Notes: a model not told the origin generated them from the letters alone. Numbered from the stretch's first letter, positions 19,022 through 30,108 are shown. The stretch: DNA of 64,000 nt from Candidatus Cloacimonadales bacterium (GCA_963665815.1 OY762463.1:1472001-1536000); one strand, 5' to 3'. A program made the numbers and translations.

Positions 19022-20428
19022 ATGGTACTTGACACAACAGGTCTTAAATCATTCATCCCGAATGACAAAATCTTTGAGGATCTTGCAAAAGCAAAGAATC
19101 CTGACAGATTACAAATCAAGGATATTATCCAGAAATCACTGGATAAAAACCGTCTTGATCCATTTGAAATGGCATGTCTGATAAACGCTACCGACGAAGA
19201 TCTTGTAGAAGAAATAAAACAGGGAGCACGTACACTTAAAGAAAGAGTATACGGCAACAGAATCGTCCTTTTTGCTCCTCTTTATGTTGGAAACGACTGT
19301 ATTAATGACTGTGTATACTGCGGATTCAGATCTTCAAATACTGAAGCTGAAAGAAACACTCTCACCATGCAGAAACTCGGTATGGAAGTTGAATCACTGG
19401 TGGATAATGGACACAAACGACTGATCATGGTATACGGTGAACACCCTAAGTACGATGCTCAATTCATTCATGACACAGTAATGAAAGTCTATGCTACTAA
19501 GAAAGGAAACGGGGAAATCCGTCGCGTTAATATCAACGCAGCTCCACTTGATGTAGAAGGCTACAAAATTGTTAAAAAAGCCGGAATTGGTACTTACCAG
19601 ATTTTCCAGGAAACATACCACGAAGAAACTTACAAACAAGTTCACCCTCGCGGACCTAAGAGCAACTATCTGTGGAGACTTCACGGTCTGGACAGAGCTA
19701 TGGAAGCAGGAATTGATGATCTTGGAATCGGTGCTCTCATGGGCTTGTATGACTGGCGTTTTGAAGTAATGGGACTGCTTTATCACACAATGCACCTTGA
19801 AGAACGCTTTAACATTGGACCTCATACCATTTCATTCCCAAGAATTGAACCTGCTTTTAATACCGATTTCACCAAACGACCACCTCATCTTGTATCAGAT
19901 GATGACTTCAAAAAACTGGTTGCTATTCTTCGACTTGCGGTTCCATACACCGGACTGATTCTCACTGCTCGTGAGCCGATTGACATCCGTAATGAAGTAA
20001 TCAATTATGGTGTATCCCAAATAGATGCAGGATCAGCTATCGGTATTGGAGATTACTCTTCAGAAGACCATACCAACAAGAAAGAGCAGTTCACACTATC
20101 AGATTCCAGAACACTTGATGAAGTAATCAAAGAACTTGCAGACCATAACTTTATTCCTAGTTTCTGCACAGGTTGTTACAGGCTTGGACGTACAGGTGAA
20201 CACTTCATGGAATTTGCCATTCCGGGATTCGTTAAACGATATTGCTCTCCTAATGCAATCCTTACATTCCTCGAATATGTTGAAGACTATGCTACTCCTG
20301 AATCAAGAGCTTCAGGAATCAAACTTATTGAAAGAGAACTTGAAAAGCTTGAAGACAGCAAAATGAAAGCTGAAGTTGAAAGCAGAATCCAGAGGATTAA
20401 AAACGGTGAAAGAGACTTATACTTCTAA
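19022..20428 (+). CDS. hydG: [FeFe]-hydrogenase maturase HydG
   Basis: 'LFAPLYVGNDCINDCVYCGF', 'GPHTISFPRIEP', C-terminal 'SFCTGCYRLGRTG...C.PNA'. Confidence 0.96.
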   Translation: MVLDTTGLKSFIPNDKIFEDLAKAKNPDRLQIKDIIQKSLDKNRLDPFEMACLINATDEDLVEEIKQGARTLKERVYGNRIVLFAPLYVGNDCINDCVYCGFRSSNTEAERNTLTMQKLGMEVESLVDNGHKRLIMVYGEHPKYDAQFIHDTVMKVYATKKGNGEIRRVNINAAPLDVEGYKIVKKAGIGTYQIFQETYHEETYKQVHPRGPKSNYLWRLHGLDRAMEAGIDDLGIGALMGLYDWRFEVMGLLYHTMHLEERFNIGPHTISFPRIEPAFNTDFTKRPPHLVSDDDFKKLVAILRLAVPYTGLILTAREPIDIRNEVINYGVSQIDAGSAIGIGDYSSEDHTNKKEQFTLSDSRTLDEVIKELADHNFIPSFCTGCYRLGRTGEHFMEFAIPGFVKRYCSPNAILTFLEYVEDYATPESRASGIKLIERELEKLEDSKMKAEVESRIQRIKNGERDLYF

Positions 20429-21830
20429 AGAGATAAGAACACAAAAAATGGATGATAGCGAAGTCCCGGCAAACTCAATGTACGGATCGCAGACCTGTAG
20501 AGCATTGGATAACTTTGGGGTATCTCCAGAGAAGATGTACACTATGTTCATCAAGGCTTTTGCTTATGTGAAACAGGCCTGTGTCAGAACAAACAGTCTG
20601 CTTGGCTATATGAATCAGGAAAAAGCTGATCTGATAGAAGCAGTTTGCAAAGAGATCATTGCGGGAGAACATCATGATGAATTTGTTGTCTCTCCTTTCC
20701 AGGGTGGAGCAGGAACTTCGACTAACATGAACTTCAATGAGGTTATAGCGAACTTAGCCAATGCGAAAGCTGGGCAAGCTAAAGGAGAATTCAGTTATAT
20801 ACATCCTCTGAAAGATGTTAATATGCATCAGTCAACGAACGATGTTTATCCTACATCACTGAAAGTCGCAATACTCCTGTATCTTAAAGAGTTGGAAAAG
20901 AGCATAACCTTTTTACAGGAAGCCTTGCAGGAGAAAGAGCGTGAGTTTCAGAATGTTGTTAAGACCGGCAGAACCCAACTCCAGGATGCAGTTCCCTTGA
21001 CTCTTGGAATGGAGTTCAGTGCATATTCAGATGCAATAGCCCGTGACAGGTGGCGTATCTTTAAATCGAGAGAAAGAATTAAAGTTGTGAATCTTGGTGG
21101 GACAGCTATTGGAACCGGACTTGGAGCACCACGAAAATACATCTTCAAAGTTACTGAAGTGTTGAGAAGACTTACTGGACTTAATCTTGCCAGAGGTGAA
21201 AATCTGGTTGATGCAACCCAGAATGTCGATGCTTTTGCAGAAGTTTCCGGAATGCTCAAGGCTTTTGCGGCAAACCTGTTCAAGATTGCGAATGACCTTC
21301 GACTGCTGAGCAGTGGACCTCAGGGAGGACTTGGAGAAATTAATCTACCCAAAGTGCAGAAGGGATCAACAATCATGCCGACAAAGGTAAATCCGGTAAT
21401 TCCGGAGTTTGTTGCTCAATCAGCCCTGCAGGTAATGGGAAATGATGCAGTTATAACTCAGGTAACTGCACTGGGAAATCTTGAGCTGAACCAGTTTCTG
21501 CCACTGCTTACACATAACATCATGCAGTCGCTGGAGCTGCTGAATACTGCTTCTATCAAATTCAGAACGCATTGTATTGACGGTATTACAGCCAATGAAG
21601 AAGTATGCAGGCAAAAATTGTATAATTCTCCTATAATTGCAACTGTTCTTGTCCCGGTTCTTGGATACGATAAAGTGGAAGAAATTGTAACGGAAGCAGG
21701 TAAGAATAAACAATCAATAAGCGAATATCTAACAGAAAACAAGATAATCAGTGAAGAAAAAATCCAGGAGATTCTGTCTCCTACAAAAATGTACAAATTA
21801 GGATATACGGATGATGAATTACGATTTTAA
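20406..21830 (+). CDS. aspA: Aspartate ammonia-lyase family protein
   Basis: 'QGGAGTSTNMN', 'QSTNDVYPT', 'GRTQLQDA', 'GSTIMPTKVNPVIPE'; start uncertain (GTG 20406 or TTG 20376). Confidence 0.85.
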   Translation: MKETYTSKEIRTQKMDDSEVPANSMYGSQTCRALDNFGVSPEKMYTMFIKAFAYVKQACVRTNSLLGYMNQEKADLIEAVCKEIIAGEHHDEFVVSPFQGGAGTSTNMNFNEVIANLANAKAGQAKGEFSYIHPLKDVNMHQSTNDVYPTSLKVAILLYLKELEKSITFLQEALQEKEREFQNVVKTGRTQLQDAVPLTLGMEFSAYSDAIARDRWRIFKSRERIKVVNLGGTAIGTGLGAPRKYIFKVTEVLRRLTGLNLARGENLVDATQNVDAFAEVSGMLKAFAANLFKIANDLRLLSSGPQGGLGEINLPKVQKGSTIMPTKVNPVIPEFVAQSALQVMGNDAVITQVTALGNLELNQFLPLLTHNIMQSLELLNTASIKFRTHCIDGITANEEVCRQKLYNSPIIATVLVPVLGYDKVEEIVTEAGKNKQSISEYLTENKIISEEKIQEILSPTKMYKLGYTDDELRF

Positions 21831-22890
21831 AAATCTATCAAAACAACAAATGATCGAGGTTTTTCAATCCGAAGATCAAGCTCTTATAGAGGAGCTTTAC
21901 AGGCAGGCTTATGCTGTAAAAGAACAGCATGTAGGCAAGAAAGTATATTTCAGAGGAATAATCGAGCTTAGTAATATCTGCGATAAGGACTGTTTTTATT
22001 GCGGTATCAGGAAAAGCAACAGCAAAGTAAACAGATATTTCATGAAGAAAGAAGAGATCCTGGAAGCAGCAGAATGGTCCTGGAAGATGAATTACGGGTC
22101 AGTAGTGCTGCAGTCCGGAGAACGTTGTGACAAAGAGTTTGTAGACTATATTGAAGACCTTCTGATCAACATCAAAAAGCTGTCCAATCAGGAGCTGGGA
22201 ATCACACTTTCTCTGGGTGAACAATCAAAAGAAACCTACAGAAGATGGTTCGAAGCCGGTGCAACAAGATACCTGCTGAGAATTGAGTCCAGCAATGAAG
22301 AACTGTACAAAAGTTTGCATCCTGCAACACACGATCATACAGAGAGACTTAGATGTCTGGAATACTTGCGTGAAACGGGTTATCAGGTTGGAACAGGAGT
22401 AATGATCGGACTGCCTAATCAGACTTACGAAGATCTGGTTAACGACATCATGTTCTTCAAGGAACACGATATTGATATGATTGGAATGGGACCTTATGTT
22501 GTGCATCAGGATACTCCTTTGGCGAATTCAATGCCTGATTATGACAAGAAAATTCAGCTTGGAAAAGCTCTGAAGATGATCTCCTTGACTCGTATGTTCC
22601 TGAAGGATGTCAATATTGCCTCCACAACAGCTTTGCAGGCACTTGATCCGCTAGGAAGAGAGTATGGGCTCAAAGCCGGGGCGAATATTATCATGCCCGT
22701 TCTTACAGATACTAAATACAGAGAAAAGTACCTTTTATATAATGACAAACCATGTGTTGATGAAAATGCAACCATGTGCAGAGCATGTCTGGAGAACAGA
22801 ATTGAATCTGTTGGTGAAACAATAGGCTATGGGGAACTTGGTGATTCTCCTCACTTTAAGGCAAGGAGTAAAGATGCCGGCAATACCTAA
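21811..22890 (+). CDS. hydE: [FeFe]-hydrogenase maturase HydE
   Basis: 'RGIIELSNICDKDCFYCGIR', 'YLLRIES', 'DMIGMGP', 'YLLYNDKPC'. Confidence 0.93.
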   Translation: MMNYDFKNLSKQQMIEVFQSEDQALIEELYRQAYAVKEQHVGKKVYFRGIIELSNICDKDCFYCGIRKSNSKVNRYFMKKEEILEAAEWSWKMNYGSVVLQSGERCDKEFVDYIEDLLINIKKLSNQELGITLSLGEQSKETYRRWFEAGATRYLLRIESSNEELYKSLHPATHDHTERLRCLEYLRETGYQVGTGVMIGLPNQTYEDLVNDIMFFKEHDIDMIGMGPYVVHQDTPLANSMPDYDKKIQLGKALKMISLTRMFLKDVNIASTTALQALDPLGREYGLKAGANIIMPVLTDTKYREKYLLYNDKPCVDENATMCRACLENRIESVGETIGYGELGDSPHFKARSKDAGNT

Positions 22891-24073
22891 AGGTGAACGT
22901 TGTAACATTGCTATCATTGGTAAACGTAACGCAGGGAAATCTTCTCTGATAAACGCCATGACAAGTCAGGATATATCTATTGTATCCAATACTCCCGGAA
23001 CAACAACTGATCCGGTTAAGAAGAATTATGAGCTGCTGCCCATTGGACCGGTTTCTATAATTGATACAGCAGGGATAGATGACCTTGGTGAGCTTGGGGA
23101 GAAGCGTGTGAAGTCAACACGTAAAGTACTCTGGCGAACAGATATTGCTCTTGTTGTAACAGATGAACACGGAATAACCGATGATGTAAAAGCAATCATT
23201 GAGGAAGTGCAAAATCTTAACATAACCACAATGGTTGTGTTTAACAAGAATGATATTGCAGATGTAGACAAGTCTAATAAAGACTACTGTAGATCACTTG
23301 GTTTGCCTTATATCTCAGTTTCCAGTATATCAGGAAAAAACATCCGAGATTTGAAAGAAAAAATGGCTGATCTGGTTCCGACGGAGTTTCTTGCTGAACG
23401 AGTTCTTGTCGGTGATCTGGTTAACCCCGGGGATCAGGTTGTGCTGGTTGTTCCCATTGACTTAGCTGCCCCTAAAGGCAGACTGATAATGCCGCAGGTT
23501 CAGGTATTGAGAGAAATCCTTGATAACGATGCAATAGGTATTATGGTTAAAGAACGTGAGCTGGAAGACTCTCTCATGAAGCTGAAAGATCCACCAGACT
23601 TGATTATTACTGACTCTCAGGTGATCCTTAAGGTTGACGGAGATGTACCGGAAGAGATTCCTCTGACAACATTCTCAACGCTTTTTGCACGCTATAAAGG
23701 AGAACTTAACATGCTTGTTGATGGTGCATCTGCAATTGATAAGCTGGAAGACGGAGACAAGGTTGTTATAGCTGAATCCTGTTCCCATCATGTTCAGGCT
23801 GATGATATTGGTAGAGTCAAGATTCCCCGGTGGTTGAGACAGTATACCGGTAAGGATATTAAGTTTGATGTATACTCAGGTCATGATTTCCCGGATAATC
23901 TGGAGGAGTATAAGCTTGTGCTTCATTGTGGTGCATGTATGACAAACAGAATGGAGATGATCCGCCGTATGCGCGAGTGTAACCGTCGAGGTGTCCCAAT
24001 AACCAATTACGGAGTTGCAATATCCAAGCTCCATGGAGTACTGGATAGAGTAATCAAACCATTTTATAAATAG
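22874..24073 (+). CDS. hydF: [FeFe]-hydrogenase maturation GTPase HydF
   Basis: 'GKRNAGKSS', 'DTAG', 'NKND', 'CSHH...HCGAC'; ATG 22874 follows AAGGAG. Confidence 0.96.
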   Translation: MPAIPKGERCNIAIIGKRNAGKSSLINAMTSQDISIVSNTPGTTTDPVKKNYELLPIGPVSIIDTAGIDDLGELGEKRVKSTRKVLWRTDIALVVTDEHGITDDVKAIIEEVQNLNITTMVVFNKNDIADVDKSNKDYCRSLGLPYISVSSISGKNIRDLKEKMADLVPTEFLAERVLVGDLVNPGDQVVLVVPIDLAAPKGRLIMPQVQVLREILDNDAIGIMVKERELEDSLMKLKDPPDLIITDSQVILKVDGDVPEEIPLTTFSTLFARYKGELNMLVDGASAIDKLEDGDKVVIAESCSHHVQADDIGRVKIPRWLRQYTGKDIKFDVYSGHDFPDNLEEYKLVLHCGACMTNRMEMIRRMRECNRRGVPITNYGVAISKLHGVLDRVIKPFYK

Positions 24074-24083
24074 ATATAGTATG

Positions 24084-24110
24084 GAAACCTGTCGGCAATG
24101 GCAGGTTTTC
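24084..24110 (+). terminator. Intrinsic terminator of the hyd maturation operon
   Basis: aaacctgtc-ggcaat-ggcaggtttt hairpin just after the hydF stop. Confidence 0.65.
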
Positions 24111-24120
24111 GTTACACAAT

Positions 24121-24154
24121 AAAAAAAACCAGCCCTCTGAATGAAGGCTGGTTT
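24121..24154 (-). terminator. Intrinsic terminator of the convergent minus-strand gene
   Basis: aaaccagcc...ggctggttt with an A8 tract (U-tract on the minus strand). Confidence 0.75.
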
Positions 24155-24199
24155 AATTTTTATGTTGTTAGACCATTTAGAAGGTCTGAAACATCTGAG

Positions 24200-27100
24200 T
24201 TATTTAAGCATCAGCATTTTCTTAGTTTGTGATACTTCAGAGGTTTGCAGTCTGTAGAAGTATACTCCACTTGATACTGAGTTTCCTCTGTCATCTTTAC
24301 CATTCCAGGTAACCTTGTGGTTATCTGCTTCCATTTCTTCACTTACAAGCGTTCTTACTTTCTGTCCGTTAATATTGTAGACAGCAAGTTCTACGTTTCC
24401 GGCTTTCTTAAGTGAGAATTCAATGTGTGTAGTAGGATTGAATGGGTTAGGATAGTTACCTTTAAGTTCTGTAACAAGATTTACATCATCAGGATCGTTT
24501 GCAACTTCTTCAAATGTGAAATCAAAATCTGGAGCTGCTGCGGTACCTGTTTCATATACTGCTGTGATTGTAGCAGTAAGTTGTTCTCCAATGTTAAATC
24601 CTGTCACTGTGAAGAATGTATCTGATGTTGTTTGATTAATAATATCAATTTCAACTCTGAAATACATGAATTGACGTTCGTCTTCTTCATTATCAGAATC
24701 TCTTTCAACATAAGATGATCCTTCAACAAGTGCTGATTCTCCATCTGTTCTTGTTCCGTACAGTCTGTCTCCATGCTGCCATACAAGGATACGATCATTA
24801 TTAAGCCATTGAACGTTTGTAGGAGCAATAAGGATTTCATCAAGAGTAACATCAACAGGAGTATTGTCACCATTTACAATAACAATATTCTGTTGTTCGT
24901 GAATGTTACAGTCCGGAAGTGAAGCTGTAAGATTGTATGTTCCCGGAAGAACTTCGCTGAGAAGAACAACACCGGTATCATCAGATGTCTCTGTATATGT
25001 GTTTGTTCCGTCAGTAAGTTCTACAACTGCACCGGCTGGTGAACTGAGATTGGTTGTGATGTTAACAGTAAAGTGACCGTATTCGTTGAGAATAATATCA
25101 AGATCAACTGTTGCATCCGCTGCGATAACTACGTTAGATTCAGTTTGATCAATATATCCGTCTTTAGTTGCATTAACAGTATATGTTCCCGGAGTAACCT
25201 GTACAAATGTGTAGTTACCCTGAGCATCTGTTGTTGTTGTAATAGCAAGTTGTTCGATTTCAACAAGAGCTCCGGCAACTTCAACATTAGCATGATCGTA
25301 AACAGTACCCATGAGGATTGCTCCCTGAGTCATAGTGAAGTCAACGTTTGTGAGGTTGTCCTGAGTTACTACGACATTAGTTTGTGTATTATTATCGTAG
25401 TTTGTAAGACTTGCAGTTACTGTGTAGGTCTCAACAGGAACATTGAGGAATTGATAGAATCCATTATTACCTGTATATTGTACAGTCTGAAGTTCTTCAA
25501 TCAGTACTTGAGCGTTAAACAGTGGGTTTCCATTGATATCACGTACATAACCTTGAATACCTGTTTGTGATGGCTGAACATCAACAGGAAGTGGAGCTGA
25601 ATTATCATTACCAGGACCTTCGTCGTTAGCAAGAACAACTTTACCGAAGATATTCTGATTACCTTCCATACCATTTTGTGGAGTCCAGGTGATCACGTAA
25701 TCAAGAATTTGATTGTTTGCAATTGTTGTACCTGCAACAGTTCCAAGTTCAGTATCCGGAGCAAGCATGAGTTTTACATCATATGTAGATTGAGTATTCA
25801 GACCGTTGTTTCTTACAGAGATTGTATAGTCAGAAGGTGATCCAACCATTGGAGTTGTGTTACCAACAACAGTGATTACTGTAAGATCATCGTTTGGTGG
25901 AGTTGTAATGTTAATACCGACATCATCAAGATACAAGTCAGGACCATATCCTGAGATACCATCAAACTTAACATAAATTGTCTGACCACTGTACTGATCA
26001 ATATTTATAGTTTCCTGTATAAATGTACCAGGAGTAGTGTTTCCTGCTCCGTCACTTGATTCGAACTGATCTCCCATTCTTGACCATACAACACTCCAGT
26101 TTGTCTGATCTGTAGAAATAGAAACTTCCATTGCATCATTCGGATAACTTGCATTATATGCATGAGACCATTTGAATACAAGATCAGCATTTCCTGTCAG
26201 AGCAATTGGAGGTGAGTAAAGTTCTGCATTACCAGTGCTCCAGCCCCAGAAGTTACAGTAAGCACTTCCTGAACCGCTATGTTCCGCCCATTGTTGAGTT
26301 CCACCCATATACCAGCCTCTTGTGTCAAGTGGCCATACGCTGAAATCTTCAGTCCATGGGAAGTTAACTACTGATGGGTCAGGTCTTGTTGTGTAAGACC
26401 AGACAGGGCAGCCAGTTGCATCACCGAGAGTGTTGTAAGGTACGATAGTCCAGTAGTATGTAGTTGCGAATGACAGATTGTTGTAATCATAAGTTAATAC
26501 ATTACCAATATCTGTTCCATCTTCAATATTTGTTGGTGGATTATCTGTTCCGAAGTAGATTTTATAACCTGTAGCTCCTGGAGCTCCACGCCAGCTCATT
26601 GTTCCACCTTCCATTACCGGATTTTCAGCATCCATTGGTGAATTTGGAATTGTGCATGAAGGTGCTACGTTATTATCGAATATTGTGAAATCATCTACAG
26701 ATATATCACTATAGAAGCTTGAAGAACCGATAGCTCTGAATCTGAATTGCAGGTCTGTTGAGCTATAAGTTGTAAGATCAATAGATCCTAAAGTCCAGGC
26801 AGGGCTGTAAGTGTAGCTTGCAACTCCCATGTTCCATGAACCGTTACTGTAAATGTCTATGTAGAATGTTGACTGTTCCTGAGCAGATTGGTCAGGATGT
26901 CCAATCCAGTAGTTAAATTCAACTACAGGATTTGTAAGAGCTGTGATATCATAAATCGTTGATGTTGCCCACGCTGAATCAACTCCGGTTCCACTATCTG
27001 TGAAATGAATGAAGTATCCTGTACCGGAAGTGTTATCAAATGTTGCACCATATGTTGATGATGTTGCAAGAGACCAGTTATCATTATCAAGATAGATTTC

Positions 27101-29758
27101 ATTATGCCAGTCTGCAAGCAATGTTGTATCTTCAAAAGCCATTACGTATGGGAATGTTGTGACAGTGGGATCACTTCTTGTTGTGAATGACCATACAGGA
27201 CAACCTGTTGCATCACCTATTGTATTATAAGGCACTACAGTCCAGTAATATGTTGTGCTGTAACTTAATCCTTCATATGAGTAATAGTATGAGGCACCGA
27301 GGTCTAAACCATCTTCAATATTTGTTGGAGGATTGTCAGTACCAACATATATTTTGTAACCTGTTGCTCCCTGTGCTCCCATCCAGCCAATACGACCGTA
27401 CTCAAGTAAATCATTTTCTGCATCTTGTGGATACTGAAGAGATGTACATGCCGGAGGAATGTTGTTGTCATATATAGCAAGATCATCAATACATATGTCA
27501 CTGTAAAAATCACTTCCTGTTGTTCCAACAAACTCTATCATAAATGGGTTAGCATTATAAGGAGTAAGGTCAACAGTTACATTATACCAGACATCTCCCT
27601 GATCCCCGGATATAGGTTGAATAACATCAGCAGTCACAGTTCCTGTAACTATGTCAATTACATTAACCTGTAATGTTCCCATTGTTTGACCATACATGTG
27701 ATACCAGAATTCAAATGTAGGAGCTGAAAGCCCTGACACGTTAAATGGGTTTGTTTTCATTTTGAAAAGCTGATTGTTGTTACCGGATGCTTCAGTATAC
27801 ATGAAGTAACCGGCTCCTGTTGTGTGGTCACCGGATTGTGGACCAGTAGCAGTAGATGATGTTGAAGTACCGTATGACCATGGATCCATATTAGTCGGAT
27901 CATCAATCCAGTTCATTGGTATTGCACCGGTTTCAAAGTCTTCAGAATATGGGAATGCAGAAATAATTGGATCTGCTCTTGTTGTGAATGACCATACAGG
28001 ACATGCAGTGGCGTCTCCATTTACATTATATGGTGTTACCATCCAGTAGTATGTTGTTCCGAATGAAAGACCTGAATAGTCGTAAGAAAGGGCTGCACCA
28101 ACATCAAAATGATCAACAATATTAGTTGGCGGGTTATCTGTACCAAGTGAAATTTTGTAATCTGTAGCACCTTGTGCACCACCCCACATCAATGTTCCAG
28201 TTTCAAGAACATCAACTGACATATCAGCAGGTATTGCAGCATTTGAACATCCCGGAGCGGTTGTATTGTCGTAGATTCCTACATCATCAATACTGATATC
28301 ACTGTAATAATCTGAACCTGTAGTTCCAATAAATTCAACCTGAAATTCCCCTGTATATGAAGATAAGTCGATAGATGCGCTATTCCATACATCTCCCTGA
28401 TCACCACTGATAGGTGTAATAACATCTGCATGTAATGTTGCTGTTGCAGGTTCATAAACATTTACCTGAAGAGATCCCATTGTTTGTCCATACATGTGAT
28501 ACCAGAATTCGAATACAGGAGCTGTAAGAGCTGATGTATTATAAGTTGGAGATGTCACTTTAAATACCTGATTTGTATTACCGGATGCTTCAGTATACAT
28601 GAAGTAACCGGCTCCTGTTGTGTGGTCACCGGATTGTGGACCAGTAGCAGTAGATGATGTTGAAGTACCGAATGACCATGGATCCAAATTTGCTGCATCT
28701 TCAACCCAGCAAGATGGAAGTACTCCACCTTCAAAATCTTCTGCCCATGGGAATGTTACGATTGTTCCACATTGAGTCTCAAATGTCCAGATTGCACCTG
28801 TAGTTGAAAGCCTTGTGGTTGAATTGTGAGTATCTACTCTCCATTCATAGTCAGTTAGTGTATTAAGACCATTATATGTATATGATCCTGTAGCCCCTGC
28901 TGCTGCACCTGTTACAACCTGAGTCATATTGCCGGCAGGACCAAACCACAAATCATAAGTCTCTGTGTCTGCTCCGAAATCCCATGTTAATGTACCATCC
29001 ACAAGTATACCTGTTGAACCTGATGGCGGATTAGGATTCTGAGCAAATTCAGGGTAACCTGCTTCTACCGTGTAGTATTTTATTGCGAGTTGATCTGAAA
29101 GATTTGATGCATCGTTAAAACAGTATTCAAGACCGATTGTTCCGTCACTGTTCTCGATACCTACTGTACATCCTGCCATATCGATTCCACCATTGAAAGA
29201 ATCATACTGCATGATGATTTGTCCATTGTCACGCATGATTACCTGAGCTTCGACAAATCCTGTACCTTCACCTGAGTATTCATGATAATTCATGAAAGAG
29301 ATTAAAAGAGCGTTTGTACCTTCAAAAGTGATATTTTCATAGTAGATTCCTGCATTATTTGCAGGTGTGGTAGTACTTACAGGATCTAAGTCATCCCAGA
29401 ACCAGGCAATCATATTATTTGGAACACCGGCAGTTGGGATTGTGTAGTTCGAAAGACTGTTTGAGTCATTTGAAAATGAAATAAATCCGTTTGAACTTAA
29501 ATAGAAATCCGTGTAAGATTGATCGTAAAACGGGAAACTGAATCCAATTGAGTAAGGTCCGTCAATTGAATCATCACTTAATGTTGTTATTGTGTTTGCA
29601 TTTACAGTATCTGGAGTTATCCAGCTGAATGCAGGACCGCTTGGGTCATTACTGTTTATCCATGAGTATCCATACGCATCAGGTCCCCCTGAAGTCTGCG
29701 CATACATAAACATAATGGATAACAGAAAAAATAAGACTACAACTAGTTTCTTATTCAT
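24200..29758 (-). CDS. Large secreted multidomain protein (MAM-like and FN3-like repeats, CARDB, carboxypeptidase-regulatory repeats, FlgD-Ig/T9SS-type CTD)
   Basis: Signal peptide; 'TGPQSGDHTTG.GYFMYTEAS...FWYHMYG' MAM repeats; 'TTYYW.V.PYN..G.ATGCPVWSFTT' repeats; C-terminal 'NYPNPFNP...GVYFYRL'. Confidence 0.88.
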   Translation of the reverse strand: MNKKLVVVLFFLLSIMFMYAQTSGGPDAYGYSWINSNDPSGPAFSWITPDTVNANTITTLSDDSIDGPYSIGFSFPFYDQSYTDFYLSSNGFISFSNDSNSLSNYTIPTAGVPNNMIAWFWDDLDPVSTTTPANNAGIYYENITFEGTNALLISFMNYHEYSGEGTGFVEAQVIMRDNGQIIMQYDSFNGGIDMAGCTVGIENSDGTIGLEYCFNDASNLSDQLAIKYYTVEAGYPEFAQNPNPPSGSTGILVDGTLTWDFGADTETYDLWFGPAGNMTQVVTGAAAGATGSYTYNGLNTLTDYEWRVDTHNSTTRLSTTGAIWTFETQCGTIVTFPWAEDFEGGVLPSCWVEDAANLDPWSFGTSTSSTATGPQSGDHTTGAGYFMYTEASGNTNQVFKVTSPTYNTSALTAPVFEFWYHMYGQTMGSLQVNVYEPATATLHADVITPISGDQGDVWNSASIDLSSYTGEFQVEFIGTTGSDYYSDISIDDVGIYDNTTAPGCSNAAIPADMSVDVLETGTLMWGGAQGATDYKISLGTDNPPTNIVDHFDVGAALSYDYSGLSFGTTYYWMVTPYNVNGDATACPVWSFTTRADPIISAFPYSEDFETGAIPMNWIDDPTNMDPWSYGTSTSSTATGPQSGDHTTGAGYFMYTEASGNNNQLFKMKTNPFNVSGLSAPTFEFWYHMYGQTMGTLQVNVIDIVTGTVTADVIQPISGDQGDVWYNVTVDLTPYNANPFMIEFVGTTGSDFYSDICIDDLAIYDNNIPPACTSLQYPQDAENDLLEYGRIGWMGAQGATGYKIYVGTDNPPTNIEDGLDLGASYYYSYEGLSYSTTYYWTVVPYNTIGDATGCPVWSFTTRSDPTVTTFPYVMAFEDTTLLADWHNEIYLDNDNWSLATSSTYGATFDNTSGTGYFIHFTDSGTGVDSAWATSTIYDITALTNPVVEFNYWIGHPDQSAQEQSTFYIDIYSNGSWNMGVASYTYSPAWTLGSIDLTTYSSTDLQFRFRAIGSSSFYSDISVDDFTIFDNNVAPSCTIPNSPMDAENPVMEGGTMSWRGAPGATGYKIYFGTDNPPTNIEDGTDIGNVLTYDYNNLSFATTYYWTIVPYNTLGDATGCPVWSYTTRPDPSVVNFPWTEDFSVWPLDTRGWYMGGTQQWAEHSGSGSAYCNFWGWSTGNAELYSPPIALTGNADLVFKWSHAYNASYPNDAMEVSISTDQTNWSVVWSRMGDQFESSDGAGNTTPGTFIQETINIDQYSGQTIYVKFDGISGYGPDLYLDDVGINITTPPNDDLTVITVVGNTTPMVGSPSDYTISVRNNGLNTQSTYDVKLMLAPDTELGTVAGTTIANNQILDYVITWTPQNGMEGNQNIFGKVVLANDEGPGNDNSAPLPVDVQPSQTGIQGYVRDINGNPLFNAQVLIEELQTVQYTGNNGFYQFLNVPVETYTVTASLTNYDNNTQTNVVVTQDNLTNVDFTMTQGAILMGTVYDHANVEVAGALVEIEQLAITTTTDAQGNYTFVQVTPGTYTVNATKDGYIDQTESNVVIAADATVDLDIILNEYGHFTVNITTNLSSPAGAVVELTDGTNTYTETSDDTGVVLLSEVLPGTYNLTASLPDCNIHEQQNIVIVNGDNTPVDVTLDEILIAPTNVQWLNNDRILVWQHGDRLYGTRTDGESALVEGSSYVERDSDNEEDERQFMYFRVEIDIINQTTSDTFFTVTGFNIGEQLTATITAVYETGTAAAPDFDFTFEEVANDPDDVNLVTELKGNYPNPFNPTTHIEFSLKKAGNVELAVYNINGQKVRTLVSEEMEADNHKVTWNGKDDRGNSVSSGVYFYRLQTSEVSQTKKMLMLK

Positions 29759-30077
29759 ACTTTTCTCCTTCTGTTATATAGTATTAGCGATATTACTTAA
29801 ATTCTTTCCTTTTGTGTAAAAATAATGTTGTTTTCCATTAATAGTCAAATAAAAAATTCCATTTATTGTTCTGTATTTAATACATAACATCAAAAGTTGA
29901 CACTTTACTTATCTTACCGAGACTACTTCAATCAACTTTCCTGACACTAATTTTTTTGAAACATTGCACCAGATATTGAGAAAAAAGTCCCATAAAGGCA
30001 CCGTCCCCCCATAAATGCTTCTCAAAAGGGAAGTCGAGCCCTCAAAGCTTAATTTAAAACTCAATTCCCCAATAATT

Positions 30078-30108
30078 AAAAAACAGCCTCCCAAGATGAG
30101 AGGCTGTT
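30078..30108 (-). terminator. Intrinsic terminator
   Basis: aacagcctc...gaggctgtt with an upstream A-tract, ~20 nt after the stop at 30129. Confidence 0.7.

Noticed and set aside
27780-28686. DGR template/variable repeat pair
   Set aside because: Only one mismatch, both copies are in-frame inside one gene, and there is no reverse transcriptase in the window.
29985-30070. GC-richer intergenic stretch with repeated cccataaa
   Set aside because: No convincing stem or recognisable riboswitch core found by eye.
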